This document shows positions 11,930-32,409 of a stretch of 64,000 bases of DNA, piece after piece. The translations under genes were made by a program, and so were the position numbers. The stretch's first letter is position 1. Each line of letters opens with the position of its first letter. The DNA is from Paraspadella gotoi (Eukaryota; Animalia; Chaetognatha), in contig CM119270.1 in NCBI GenBank assembly GCA_051294375.1, positions 1,526,753-1,590,752 of the forward strand. The letters run 5' to 3'. Below the pieces are notes generated by a model. That model was given only the letters and a program-made list of their open reading frames with translations, was not told the origin of the DNA and did not search any database.

Positions 11930-14900
11930 AAAAGAGAGAGATGCTAGGTCCACATCTTGAATGGTTTGAGAAGGCCCTCTTTGCCACACCTGTCATGTTT
12001 TGCCGCCTTTCCTCTCTCGGGCACCTCAACAGCTTTGATTTTCCTCCTTGCTTGGTTGATGGTGACAATTCGTTGTGGCTGTGGATTGATCTTTCGAAAC
12101 GCTCCCTGAAGTTGAGGTTTGCTTCCTGACAACCTGCCTGTACAAGGTTTCTGCTGTGTTGTTGGTTTCCAGTTGCAGGTCGGCCTTTGCTTCATTGGTG
12201 ATAAGCGGCGGGCGATTCCCCAGGGTCCTGGGTTTTGCATCGAACTTTCCACACCTTGCCTTCAACTGTGTCGCCATCAGCAATGTACATTTTTTACGCC
12301 GTCCTGGATTGAACGTATCCATCTTACCCACCGAGACGCGTCCTTCCAGTAGGCTCTCCTGCTTGTCAGCTGGGATGTTGCCAGTGCAGTGTCTCGCTCG
12401 ATCATGCACTGGTAGGTTGTTTGTCATTTCAACATGTCCCCGTGCCGAGGCCACCTGGCTGCCTTAGCGCTTCATACTTGTCCCTGAACAATGCTGTGAT
12501 TGGCTTATTGTCCCATGGAGGCGACATGTAGTACTCCTCTTTGTTGGGAGAGGTGAACTACCCATCAGTTGGTCAGGTGGGACCAGGGTTAGTGGACGGC
12601 TGTCCGATTATTATGTCTGGTCGTTCTCATCGCCGAGACATAAAATACTTGTGAAGAGAAACCATTTTGAACATAATTCGAGGTTGATCCTCTTCGGTGG
12701 AGGGTGATATGTGCAGTGGGCTGGTGTGAGTAAGGCGTAAAGCGAGTTCCATGGCAGGATCTTGCTTGACAGGCGCCACTTTTCAAGAAATTTTCTCCGT
12801 GTTTAAAAGATGCACCTGTGTCATACAGGCACTAGCAGGTGCTCCCGCGGCGATGACTGCTGGTATGTAGCTGTTTTGCTGTATGTGACAGGCAAAGTCC
12901 CGTGTCGTCTCTGGGTTCCGTCCTTGGTCCCCTTGTATAGCACTGGCCATCCTTTCTGGCGACAGGCAGGCATAGTCAACCTCGATCTTGGTGTTCAGGT
13001 TTTGGATGAGAAAGCAGGGAATGTTTCTGGTTGGTGGTCATTCCATCTCCACAGCGCCTGAATGGTTGCCTGGTGAGCGATGTCTCATTCTGCTCGCCAG
13101 CTACTATGCGGTAAGTTGGGTTATTCTTAACTTGTGCGCAGTTCGGGTTGAAGCTTCTGAGCTTCCCGAGTCTTTCTCGGCACTGTTTTCATCGCGGGGT
13201 TTGGTCGGGTTTTCTGGGTTTCTCTAGGATTAGGCGATCTTCAGTGGCAATCCGGGGGCAGGTCGATGGGCCCTGGTGAGTAGGTCTGGTGGTGAGGAAT
13301 ACGCAGCAGGAAGAGGTCGGCGGGTGCCAGTGGTTGCAGATCAGAATCGGCTTCACTTCAATATTTGAAGCCTCTTCTGTGTGCCTCCTTGCCGAATTTG
13401 GCACAAGCTCTCGACCTTGTGATATGGCCCGTCTCTGTCAGCATTGTCCGCACTTGTTCCAGCCCTTCCATCCCAGTTTAATGGAGATGCTTGTTCTGGC
13501 GAGGGCGAAGCTCCTTTGCTTTCAAGGGGCTTAACAGGTTTGTACATCCGCGAAGCCGTGGAACTTTCCTTAAGCCTGTTTGCCGTTTCAGCAAAGGCTT
13601 AATCCTGGCTATTGAATCAGGCTTACACTTTGGTCCTTATCTCCATGACATCTTTGCCAAAGGTTTTTGGTTAAACTTCTTCAGCTGTTTTTGGTGATTT
13701 GTTTGAAACACAGTTGTCTTATTTTTTTATTTGATGGTTTGGGTGGCTGTCCTTTTCAACTATTAGTTTGGTCACAATATCATCGGCCTTATCGAAGGGT
13801 GGGCCGGGGGCCTTTCTTTTCTCCAGAGTTGCCCTTTCTGGCTTTCACATCACTGTTTTTTGGTTTTTCTCTTTTTGTTACATTGGATGATCGAGCTGTG
13901 TAGTCTGGAGGTTTGCTGAGCGTTGCCAGAGCGGTTTGATTTTTCAAGCCCTCTTCCTCCAGTTCTTCTTCATGCTTTTGGTCATGGCCTTTGATGTGCC
14001 TGAGCATGGTGCCTTTGGTTGTGGGTCCAAAGTGCTGCTTCTTGAATCCCCTGGTCCCGTAATTAGTACTGTTGGTGAGCTCTTTGTTGTGCAAAATCCT
14101 CTATGTTGCCTTCAATGATCTTTCTCGTTGGATGTTAGGGTTTTTTTAGGTAGCCCCGCATTATATTCAATTACCTCTGCCAAGGTCGCGGGTTTCTCCT
14201 CGTCTCAAGCATCTGGGTCTATTCCAGAGTTTCGAAGTGATGCCTGGGACATAGGGGGCTCAAGAGCTCCACAAGCATTTGGGATGCGATCAAAGTCTGG
14301 GATGGAGGCTCTGTCCTTCTTTCCTGACGAGTTTCCGAAGTTCTCCTTTGCTTTTCGTGACAAGGCAAGCCCATATTTGGCATGTAACTTGTGGATCTAT
14401 ACTTCAATTTTTGGCTTCAGCGAAGTGGCTTCTGTGATGCTCACTGATGATTTTTGCAGAGGTGCACAAGTCCTAGCCACATAGATTGGTCGATAGGTTC
14501 TATGAACTGGCTGGCTGAATCTGTCCTCCGCGCCAGTAGGGCTCGTAATTGCTGGCGATTTTGTCTTGGCTGGAGAGTCTTAAAACCTCATAGAAGCTGC
14601 GCAGAAAGTCTTGTGGTGATTTCTCAGCCTCTTTTCTCAGCCTGATGGGGATGACGACTATAGGAGTATAGGAGGGTTGGGCTCACTCCTTTTGCTTTCA
14701 AGATTCCATCTTGCAAGAGGTTGTCCGCAAAGGCGATCATCGGAGGTTGATTTTGGCCAACGTCGCAGTAAGCACGGAGTTGCCAGCCCTTTAATGTGTT
14801 TTGGGGTCTTTGTTGTTGCGCCAAGATATCATAGGTCTTCATCTATGTTTTGAGTTTATCCACTTTGAGCAAGGCCTGCTTACAATGTCTTTGACTCTTT

Positions 14901-15628
14901 GGCTCAGTATCAAAGATTTTGTTGTGTCATCTGGTTGATCAGTCATTGATCGATCTTTAAGATTTGGCGGGTGATTTCGCCTGTCATTGTGTCCAATTGC
15001 AGTGATGCCCTTTAGAGCTCTCGATCCCAGCTTGAATGTTTTGAACTCCACTTTGTTCCTGGGCATGCTACCGTTCTGTGCTTGCGGCGTCAGTCTGAAT
15101 TGTGCCGCAGCCTACCTTTTTTCCACTGGAAAAGGGTTCCATGCCTGGCTTGCTTGGAGAATGGCGGGGCAGAGGTGTAGTCGTTTTTTTGACATTTTTC
15201 TTTAGCGGGTTGTGTGGTGCGAGGTAAGCTGCTTGATCTTTACTTGGAGCGTGGTGAGGTCGAGGTCCACTCCTGTACACCTAAATTTAAGTAACAGACA
15301 GCAGATTCTATATGAAGACCAAAGTGGAATTTTATTCTCAGAAAATAGAACATGAAGACGGTTGGTCAATTTCAGACAGAGTGAATCAAAGCAGAAACAG
15401 AGCTATTTAATACATAGGGTAGAGTAGACGAACCAGATTCCTCTTCCGGAATCCTCCTCCTCTTCTCTTCTGGAACCGTTCTTTCTCTCCGGAAACTATT
15501 TTGTTTTCCTTTTCTGGATTTTGGGGCTTCCAAAAATCCCATTTCGAATCATCCAGAATCTTCTCCTCTGCCGGAATCCTCTTCCTAATCCTTCCTCGTG
15601 TTTCCCGGGTTTTCATCCTCTGTGATGG
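11930..15628 (-). mobile_element. LTR retrotransposon fragment (Ty3/Gypsy-like): 5' LTR, gag and aspartic protease; truncated before RT
   Basis: GC-richer block with frameshifted minus-strand ORFs. Retropepsin motif CLYDTGAS at 12831-12808 and PDIIIGQP at 12620-12597, about 70 aa apart. Gag knuckle-like KCGQC..ETGHITRSRAC at ~13452-13403. Host intron sequence resumes at ~15630. Confidence 0.7.
15274..15628 (-). repeat. Putative 5' LTR (~350 bp)
   Basis: On the minus strand it begins ..TCACAGAGG, contains TATTAAA (15412-15406) and AATAAA (15336-15331), and ends GTGTACA followed by GGAGTGGACC (possible PBS). No second LTR is present to confirm it. Confidence 0.45.
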
Positions 15629-15715
15629 TGAGTTGGGGTTGATAATAATATACGCATCTAACCAGTTTAATTTTTATTAATTTTCTGTTCCCCCCCTGGA
15701 ATCCTTTCAAACTAT

Positions 15716-18025
15716 GACGACCATGAAACGAAATAACGTGGCGTTTATTGTTCCGTGCATAAAAAAAATTTCACTGTTCAATTATTATTTCTATTTCTTT
15801 TTATTTTTTTAAAAACATTATAGTTTCATATGTCGATATCCAAAATTCAATGCAGAAATCTTTTTTTGTTTGTTTAGAATATACCAAATATAGGGTGAAA
15901 GATGATAATTTTTAAAAAAAGTTACTTCATTCATTATTTATTCCTAGAATTGTATAGAAAAAAATAAAAAAAAAAGTAATAGTACCATAGTTAGTGTTAT
16001 ATCTCTACAAAATAGATGGAATAAAAAAACCTCATTTAAAAATTTCGTATCAGGAAGTGGGGTCTAAGGCTACCAATGGCAATCCTCCCACGCCGATGTG
16101 TCTCGGTCAAATAATTTTTTTTACTTTAATACATTTGAAAGGGAAAAAAAGAAAATTTCAGAATGCAGGTTGTATAAGGTACAGATAATCTGGACTTACT
16201 GAAATGAATTAACATGACCTTTTATATCTTGTGAAATGGGGTACGTAAATGATATCTAAAAAAATTAGATATTAAGTCAGTCAATGAACCCTTTCTAATG
16301 GGCTATTACGAAATATTTTTTATTAATGTAAAAATGGGATGATAAATAAGTAGAATTTAAATTCCTTGCTAATATTTAAAGAAAATTATCATACAATTTA
16401 ACACAATGATGTCTTGCTTTATAAATATAGTTGCCATTGTTTTTTTTTATATAATTTTTTAAAACTTTATTATGATAAACAAGCATGTGTGTCAGCCTTT
16501 TATGAGTACGTTTGCAGTAAAAATAATAAAGAATGCTAATGTTTTTTCAACAGACCAGAAGGTAGATTGTCCAGGAGCTGTTTATTTATCAAGCTGAAAA
16601 CAATTTTTTGGTAATTTACATTTTTTGATATTTAAAAAAACATTTTAACAAGCTACAACAGCCTCAATTTTTGCTTGTTTTTTACTATTACTTAAAAATA
16701 TCAAGCAGTTTAAATGATAAGAAATTTAATAAATAAATCAATAATGTTAATTCAGTCTTCCCTTTTTCAGATTACAAAGAAAAATAAAAAAATTCATATG
16801 CCTCATCTTGAAATTTTAAAAGCAAAAAAACTGTTATATCTTTTAACTCTGATAAACAGAAGCCTATATAAAAATTATGGATTAATTTAATAAAACTTTT
16901 TTAGAAAGGTGTCCCATGATTTAGGGCTTTATTTGATAAGCCACAACCCACCTTGCTGCTCTTTTCTTTCAAAAGTTATTAAAAAAAATACTTTTTTTCA
17001 AACTACCGCAGTACATACTCTTTGTTAAATAAGAAATTTTTGGCAAGCGGAGTATCTCACTTTATTTCTATGATACATATACTTAAATTTAAAATAAAAC
17101 TTAAAGAAAAATTTTTTTGGTCATTAGAGACATAATCCACTTCCAGATGTACCCATGCGTATAATATTGATTTATTTATTTCCTAAAAAAGCCTAATTAC
17201 AAAAAATTGAAATTTTTTTAAAATTGGTTTGAAATAAAATTATTCTCCGACCTAGTGCCATTGAGAAATAATGGTTTCTGCATAGAATAATCACAATATC
17301 AAAAAAATAAAAAATCAGCCTCTTAGAAAATTGAAAGGCTAGAGGACTGATTTTTTAGAATGAAAATTTTTCCTAACTCAAACTCCATTATTCTCAAGTT
17401 TCAAAATATTTTTTCCAAAATCATTCGATCAATTTTTTTTATTAATTTAAAATGTTTTTATGATGTTTTTTTGTTTGAAAAAGATGAAAAAAGTGGAAAT
17501 TATAGTAATTACTATAGGTTTTTGGAATACCTTTAAAATATTAGATAATTAGATACAAGGAGTAATCAGAGAAAACTTCCATTCAAAAACAATTGAAAAG
17601 AATTTGTCATATTGTTATTGTAGGATTAATCTGACTAATTATCGAACATATTATTCAATAAAAATTGAGTGAAATGGATGGGCTTAAAAATATTCATCCT
17701 TGGTCTCGGTTAACTATTAAACGTTATCGTTAAAGTTTTTTTTAATAATGATTATATTTTTTTTGCATTATAACAAGCAATGGTCTAAAATTGTTGTAAG
17801 CGTTTTCGAGTCTAATATTTGCTTCAATCTTTTTTACTATTTTTTGATCTAGTTAGCTTTTTTTAATGTGGTCAAGGGTATGGTCAGATCACAGGTGAAT
17901 TCCCAGTAGTGTATATCGCACATATACCAAAAGTAATAATTCAGTTAATGTTGGCTCAGAAACAATTTAAAGGGGACAAAATCAGCCACGTGACAGTAAA
18001 CGCCACTTATTTTTTTCATTGTGTC
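15716..18025. mobile_element. Non-autonomous TIR DNA transposon (~2.3 kb) in intron 2 of the second NYN copy
   Basis: Imperfect ~40-bp TIRs: GACGACCATGAAACGAAATAACGTGGCGTTTATTGTTCCGTG versus the reverse complement of the right end, GACACAATGAAAAAAATAAGTGGCGTTTACTGTCACGTG. ACTAT is duplicated at 15711-15715 and 18026-18030. The empty site ttcaaACTATataaat is at ~1273-1288. No transposase ORF seen. Confidence 0.85.
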
Positions 18026-25799
<7,774 letters not shown>

Positions 25800-25960
25800 N
25801 NNNNNNNNNAGAGTTTTGCTCCTCGAGTTTGTTGTTGTTGTTGTTGTTTTTATCCTCATTGTTTATCTGTCGTCGAGGGTTAAACTACTACTAGATATTT
25901 TGGGTATGAAACGGCATCGAACGGCATTAAATAACGTCGTCGTCATCGTCGTCTTCGTCG

Positions 25961-26007
<47 letters not shown>

Positions 26008-26112
26008 TTCGTCGTGTTTTCAAAACCGCGGAACATCAGCGGCGGCTTCCATAAAAATAATTGCGTAAACAATAAACAAAAAACTATTTGAATAAATTAC
26101 GAAATTAAAATT

Positions 26113-26415
26113 GGCCGCCATAACAACGCCATTCCGTGCCATCTCACGCCATAACAACGCCAAGTAGCGGCATTCCGTGCCATCTCACGCCATAACAACG
26201 CCATTCCGTGCCATCCCACGCCATAACAACGCCAAGTAGCGGCATTCCGCGCCATATCACGCCATCGATTCCGTGAGTAAATGCCATCCTCCGCTATCTA
26301 CGATAAATCAGGAATTCGTTGCCATCTCAATGCCATCCGCAATAAACCAAGAAGTCGTTGCCATCTGCAATGCCGTCTGCAATAAAGTAAATAAATCGTT
26401 GCCATATTTAAGCCA
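26113..26415 (+). repeat. GCCAT-rich minisatellite (units gccataacaac / gccattccgt / gccatctcac)
   Basis: Shuffled 10-11 bp subunits that mostly start GCCA, decaying toward the right. Confidence 0.8.
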
Positions 26416-27000
26416 AAAATTAATCCTCGCCCAAATAAATTAATTTCGTATTTTTCTGAAAACCGCATCAATTTATTGTTTTGTCTCCAAAATTCGTTGT
26501 TCTTTTGTTGATATTATTTTTCTCTCTTTTCTTCGACAGATGTCGTTGAACGCGAATTGTTATCGTATCATAGTCTTTTTAATTTAACGCCTCAATATAC
26601 ATAATATACATATTCTAATTCGAATTATAATTATAAGAGATTAATTTGTTGACTTTGAGACATATGTATATATTCGTTCCGCTAGATTAAGAATTATCAA
26701 AACCATGCGACTACAAAACGAAAGAGCCGCTGCTAAAACGCTAAAGCTTTGATTAAAAAGTAAATATGCCTAAATTCGTTAACCAGTTGAAGCAAGTTAA
26801 ATAAAGGAACATCAAGCCATAAAATGTTAAAAAGCTTTCTTCTGCTAAAAAGCTATAAATTTCAGAAACTACTTGACTCTTTAAGATAGAAATCGAATCT
26901 TTGTTTCTGGTCGTAAAAAAAAAGGAAAAAACTCGCAAGGGAGAGAAATGAGATAAGGAAACCAAGAATGGAAAACATGTTGGCAGACAGAGAGGGAGTC

Positions 27001-27060
<60 letters not shown>

Positions 27061-29062
27061 CTGGTTGTCGAGAAATCTCGCCGGACTAATTCCCTCGTGT
27101 TTCTGGCATAAGAGAAACTGAGATGAACAGAGTTTCTTCTTTTCTTTTCTTTTCTTTTCTTTTCTTTTCTTTTCTTTTCTTTTCTTTTCTTTTCTTTTCT
27201 TTTCTTTTCTTTTCTTTTTATTTTCTTTTTCTTTGGAACAACCATAATTAAATTCTCCATTCATTCAATACATAGGCTATCTTGCGCGGCCTGACGTTGG
27301 TTTAAGCCTCTTCTTCTCTCTTCTCTCTCTCTCTTCTCTCTTCTCTCTTCTCTCTTCTCTCTGTCTCTCTTCCTCTCTCTCTCTTCTCTCTCTTCTCTCC
27401 CTCTCTCCTGCATTTTCCATTTTTATTTTTTCCTCGAGTTTTTTTTTCAAAATTCCCCTCGTCTGCTTTTCCCATTTATAAAATTTATTGAAGAAAGTCT
27501 AGACACACAGTATTTTGACTAAAAATAAAAAATATAATAGCATTTGATGGTTTGCTTATTTTGCCAGCAAACAAGATACGCTCTCAAGCTATCACGATAA
27601 CCAATCATGCCATTGGAACCTAATGGAACCGAATACAAATGATGCCATCAAAAAACTCCTTTACGAACCCACCGAGCATTCTTTTAAATTTCGGTTGCCA
27701 TACTTGACCAGTATGCCACCTCACAACATTGCCACATTCCCTCCCCCCTCACGAAAGGCGCGAATGCCATTCTGCCATCCGCCGGGGAAATCGAGAATTG
27801 CCATCGCCAGCTTCCAATTTTTTTTCTCTCTTCTCGCTGATGTTGCAATTTGTCGTCGACGTTTCGTCTCTCTTCCAGTCCAACCCTCACTTTCCCACCT
27901 CAAACCACCTTTCCCACTTCAACCACCTTTACCACTCTCTATACAAAACCCTCCTTCCCCGCTTCTCGCCCCTTTCCTCTCTCTTCGCGCAAAGTTGACG
28001 TTCAGTAATTTTTTTCTTTTTTTTCCCTTTTTTATGAACTCCGAAAAAATAAGCGAAAATTCGCGAATAGCCGTTTCGACATAACGTCATGTAATATTCC
28101 CATACCATATTAGCGGTAGCCCACAAATTCAAATTATAATGGGAACAGCATTAACTAATCCATTATTGGTATTAATTATTGTGTTAAAATATTTTTTTGC
28201 AAAAATGTTACGAACCATGAGTAATTCGCTAATTAATATTATTATATTGCTATATAATGTTAAAATTTTTTTTTTGAATATTTAAGTTTTTTTAAATTGA
28301 TTCTGATAGAGCTTAAAAAGTTAAAAGCAAAAATATAATTCAACTTTTAAATTTTGATGTTTTATTACTAAAAATTAAGTAAAAACTGCTAAATCATCGG
28401 ATGATGATGATGATGATGATTTTTTTAAGGTTTTTCTCAATTTAACCCACTTATCATCAAAATATTGAGAAAAAAAATTATACTTTGTGTAGATAACTTT
28501 TCATAAGTATTTGATCCGCTTTTAAAAATAAAAAATTCAAAAAATTTTTTTGACATTTCCTATCTATAAATAAATATTAAAAAATTAATTACTAATGCTT
28601 CTAGCCATTTTAGAAAATTTTGCTCCATTGAAAGTTTTCTCAGAAATGTATGAAGTTTCATTTGGAAAGGTTCCCAAATCAAACTTCTGACCACCCCCAT
28701 TGACGAAGTTTGGCTCTAACCATATAGTCATATATCTAACCATATACATGACGTTATAAAATTATTTAATATATAATTTATTAAATGAATGGATGATTTT
28801 TATATTGGTTGTACCAATTACCAATTATCGGGTCGTCCTTAAATTAAAATATATAAATTATATAAACTTGATTTTAGTACAAATCCAAAAATGGTGTATA
28901 CAGTACTATACTATACACCTTTATTTAAATTTTTTAAACACATTTAAACAACTGATTTAATTTTTTTAAAACAATTTAAAAAAAACACATGAATCTAAAT
29001 ATTACAAAGAAATCTTCCCCGCCCGATTCAACTCTCTTTTGTGACCAGCCTCTCTCCCCTGA

Positions 29063-30103
29063 TCATCCTAAACATTTCAAGTAAGGATGATCGTCCGAAG
29101 TCATGTGACTACAATCGAGAGATTCGGGCCATGTGAAGCCGTTCTGGATCATCACGGGTTCGCATCCCGACCGGGCAGATTCGCAAAGACTCCTAAAGGG
29201 GGGGAGAGAGGGGGGGGGGAATATTGAAAGTTGTTGTTGTTGTCATTAATCAAAATAATGAAATCATGTACAAAATAATTAATTCCCTTCATTAGATAAA
29301 TAAGCTATCTTGCCATTGACCTTTAACAAGATTGTGACAAATAACAAGACCTTAGAATCCAAGTTGGTTGATTTCAGTCAAGACGCAAACAGTCAAGCTT
29401 ATTATCTCCATGGGTGCTTGTCTTCCCTGATCCACCAAGTAAATCAATTAGACATATGAAAGTTTGCAAATTACTTGTTTCACTATTTTCTATTGTTATA
29501 TTTTATGAATGATTTAGTATTTAATCTATATTATTTAAACAAATATATATTGCTTTCTTTCTAAAAAAAAAAAGACATAAATAAATAAATAAATAAATTC
29601 TTTTAAAGAATAACCAGCAGGGAAGATCACAAGCGCAGCAACGACGCCAACAATAACCAATACCTGCAAGGTAGGATTCCGAAGAGAAAAGAGCCACAAA
29701 CTGGGTAAAACATGAAACAGACGAGCCGCCTCAGTGAAGGGGAACACTCGAGCTCTAGAAGCGGGAGAAATTGATTCCACACCAGGGTCGCATCCCTCAC
29801 GTTCTCGTGATTCAAGAAGTTGGGAAAGTATGTGAGGTTATAGCCGACGATTTGTGATTTGGCAGCCGGGTTGAGATAGGCGTTGGCAGTTAATGGCCGC
29901 GAGCAGCGAAAGGCTGGAAGGCTGTGGAGGGGGGGGTAAGAGGGAAGTGGCTCTGTTTACATTTTGGGTTTACTAAATTGATAAATCAATCGATAAAATC
30001 ATTAATAATAGATTTAAAAAAATGTTAGATTTTAGGCCGAACGTGTACCCCGAATCTTAAACACAAGCCTGGGATTGTAAGGAGAAAAAAGAGGGAAGGA
30101 GAG

Positions 30104-30173
<70 letters not shown>

Positions 30174-30558
30174 GAGAGAGAGAGAGNNNNNNNNNNNNNN
30201 NNNNNNNNNNNTCTTTCACTCTTAATTCTCTCTCTCTTTTTAAACCAAAATATTTTTTTACTTTCTTTTGTGTGTCCTTTTTTTCTTGCATTTACTATCG
30301 CAAATGAACTAATGGTTAAGCATGCTTAACCCGAATAATATGATTGCTCAATAATATAATAATATGGCGTTCCTCATAACTGTAATCCACCAATACTATG
30401 TACCATACCGATTATACGATGACTCTCAAGCAAAACAAATTGATAAATCAATCGATAAAATCATTAATAAGATTTTAAAAAATTGTTAGATTTTAGGCCG
30501 AACGTGTACCCGAATCTTAAACAGAGCCTGGATTGTAAGAGAGAAAAGAAGAGGGAAG

Positions 30559-30620
<62 letters not shown>

Positions 30621-30809
30621 AGAGAGAGAGGAGAAGAGACGAGAGAGAGAGAGATATGTAAACGTAATAAAGCGTTAATAATCATTATAATGCATTACTA
30701 TTGTACTTACCCAGAACTGTATTCAAAACACGCTAGAAAAATGACGACAGTGATAGTATCCGATCGTTGTCGAATACGAGGACGACGACGACGACACGAC
30801 GACGACGAC

Positions 30810-30855
<46 letters not shown>

Positions 30856-30898
30856 AACGACGACGACACGACGACGACGACAACTTCGCCGAACACAT
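29063..30898 (-). CDS. Secreted Frizzled cysteine-rich-domain-only protein, paralog 1 (frameshifted as assembled)
   Basis: Exons 30898-30711 (hydrophobic ITVVIFLACF, GTAAGT donor), 29913-29664 (NCQRLSQPGCQI.VGYNLTYFPNFLNH...ECSPSLRRLVCFMFYPVC...ILPCR) and 29192-29063 (SLCESARSGCEPVMIQNGFTWPESLDCSHMTSDDHPYLKCLG-stop). Ten-Cys Fz-CRD pattern with phase-2 introns. Confidence 0.8.
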
Positions 30899-31829
30899 TT
30901 TCAAGTTTTTCATATTTCGGATTTCGAAAATAAATCGACAGTTTGAATTCTCTTCAACCGACAAAAGATATTTTCCCTCGTTAATTCTATTTGTTGACTT
31001 CGATGAACTCTTTAACTTTACTAACAGGGAATCGAATAGAAAAAAAAACAACTTATCCGTACGGAATATAAATCTTAGTATAAAATAATAAATCGATTAA
31101 AGAACAAATGAATTCATCAAAATTAAAAAAAATAAAAAAAATAAATTAATCAAAACGTTGTTACATGTTACCGAAAAGGGGAAAATAATAGGCGAAAAGC
31201 AATTAACAAATGACGTCCACGTTAGATGGCAGCTCAATCACGTGACTGCGAGAAAGACAAGCAGTTCTCTATTCGCGGGTCGAAGAGAAACAGTCATTCT
31301 AAGAAACACTTGGCATGTTTTCCCCGAGGTCAAGACATCCGTAAGTTTGTTGCTTGAAGTTAAGAGAAATCCTGAATAGGGCATCGGGTTTGACAATAAT
31401 GACGACGATGAAGACGACAATAACGACGACGACGACGACGAAGAAAAAGGAGACGACGACGAAGACGCACGCGACCATAAAAAATGAATAAAAAGGAGAA
31501 AATTAAGGAAAAGATAAACTGGAAATCATAAGAGAAAAACTACGAAATAAAAATAGGAAAAAAAATGCCGCAACGTTGCGGCAGTGCGGTCAGACGTGAT
31601 GTATTAACCTTTCTTTTTCGTTGTTAGTTTGATAGTTGAAAAAAAAGTTTTAATAATTTTTTATAACGAAATAATTAATAAAACAAATTTGTTGTAAAAA
31701 ATCTTAAAACATTGTTTTTTCTACTAAGATTTCTTTAAAAACAAAAAGGCGGGGCCAGTAGTCGCTTAGATTTGATTTTTAACAAATGAGCAACAAACTA
31801 TAGGAAAGTTATAAGCGTTTTTTAAACGT

Positions 31830-31950
31830 AAGTGGAACAGACCGACGGACAGAACATACCGTCCAACGACAGACCGACCGACCGACGGCCGACGACCGAA
31901 AAGTGACTTATAGAGTTGCTTCGCGAGTAACTCGCGGCGCAACTAATAAA
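31830..31950 (+). mobile_element. HINE/DINE-1-like (Helentron-associated) element end
   Basis: Degenerate (GACC/GACA)n tract followed by gtgacttatagAGTTGC..CGCGAGTAACTCGCG..GCAACT hairpin and an A-rich end. Confidence 0.5.
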
Positions 31951-32409
31951 TCGCCATCCTTTTAATAAAATCCTTTATTAAAAATCTTATTGTCAGTAAA
32001 TATAAATACAAAACAGTTACTGAGAAACTGATTTTATGGTAAAGTGAAATGTGAAAAGTATAATTTCAAAATCAGCGAAATAACTACTGCAAGCAGTGAC
32101 GTTCTAGCTTGTTCGAACGCACCTGCTTGCATCTGCTAATCGAATTTGGAGGTGTTATAATGATGAGGGCGCATCAATTAGAATTGAAATAAGTGGATTA
32201 TTAGTGTACTAATGTATTACAATTTAAAATGCTATTAATTACTTTTAACTTCTTTGGTGATTACCTCACAAAAAACTAAATTCTCATAACTCACCCTCCC
32301 CTCCCCTTAAATTTCAACCCGTCCTCGCCCTCCCCTTAATTCACACCCGTCTCCCTCTCCCCTTAATTCACAATTCCTTTCTTCTCTTCACTCGATGGTG
32401 ACATTTGAT

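Noticed and set aside
11930-15273. Endogenous virus or bacterial insert, suggested by the GC shift
   Set aside because: The retropepsin, knuckle and LTR-like features are better explained by a retrotransposon.
26113-26270. Repeat-spacer-like pattern resembling a CRISPR array
   Set aside because: The intervening units are themselves repeated, the context is eukaryotic, and there are no cas genes.
29300-29460. Motif aataagctatcttgcc shared with ~51795 and ~27272
   Set aside because: Fragments of a degraded dispersed repeat whose boundaries cannot be defined from this window.
29975-30660. Local direct duplication (29975-30186 versus 30435-30655)
   Set aside because: It flanks an N gap and is probably a contig-overlap artefact. 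The same applies at 49835-50030 and to the noisy exon duplicate at ~55585-55685.
31158-31460. Short ORFs on both strands between the Fz-CRD genes
   Set aside because: No recognisable motif or consistent splice partner.
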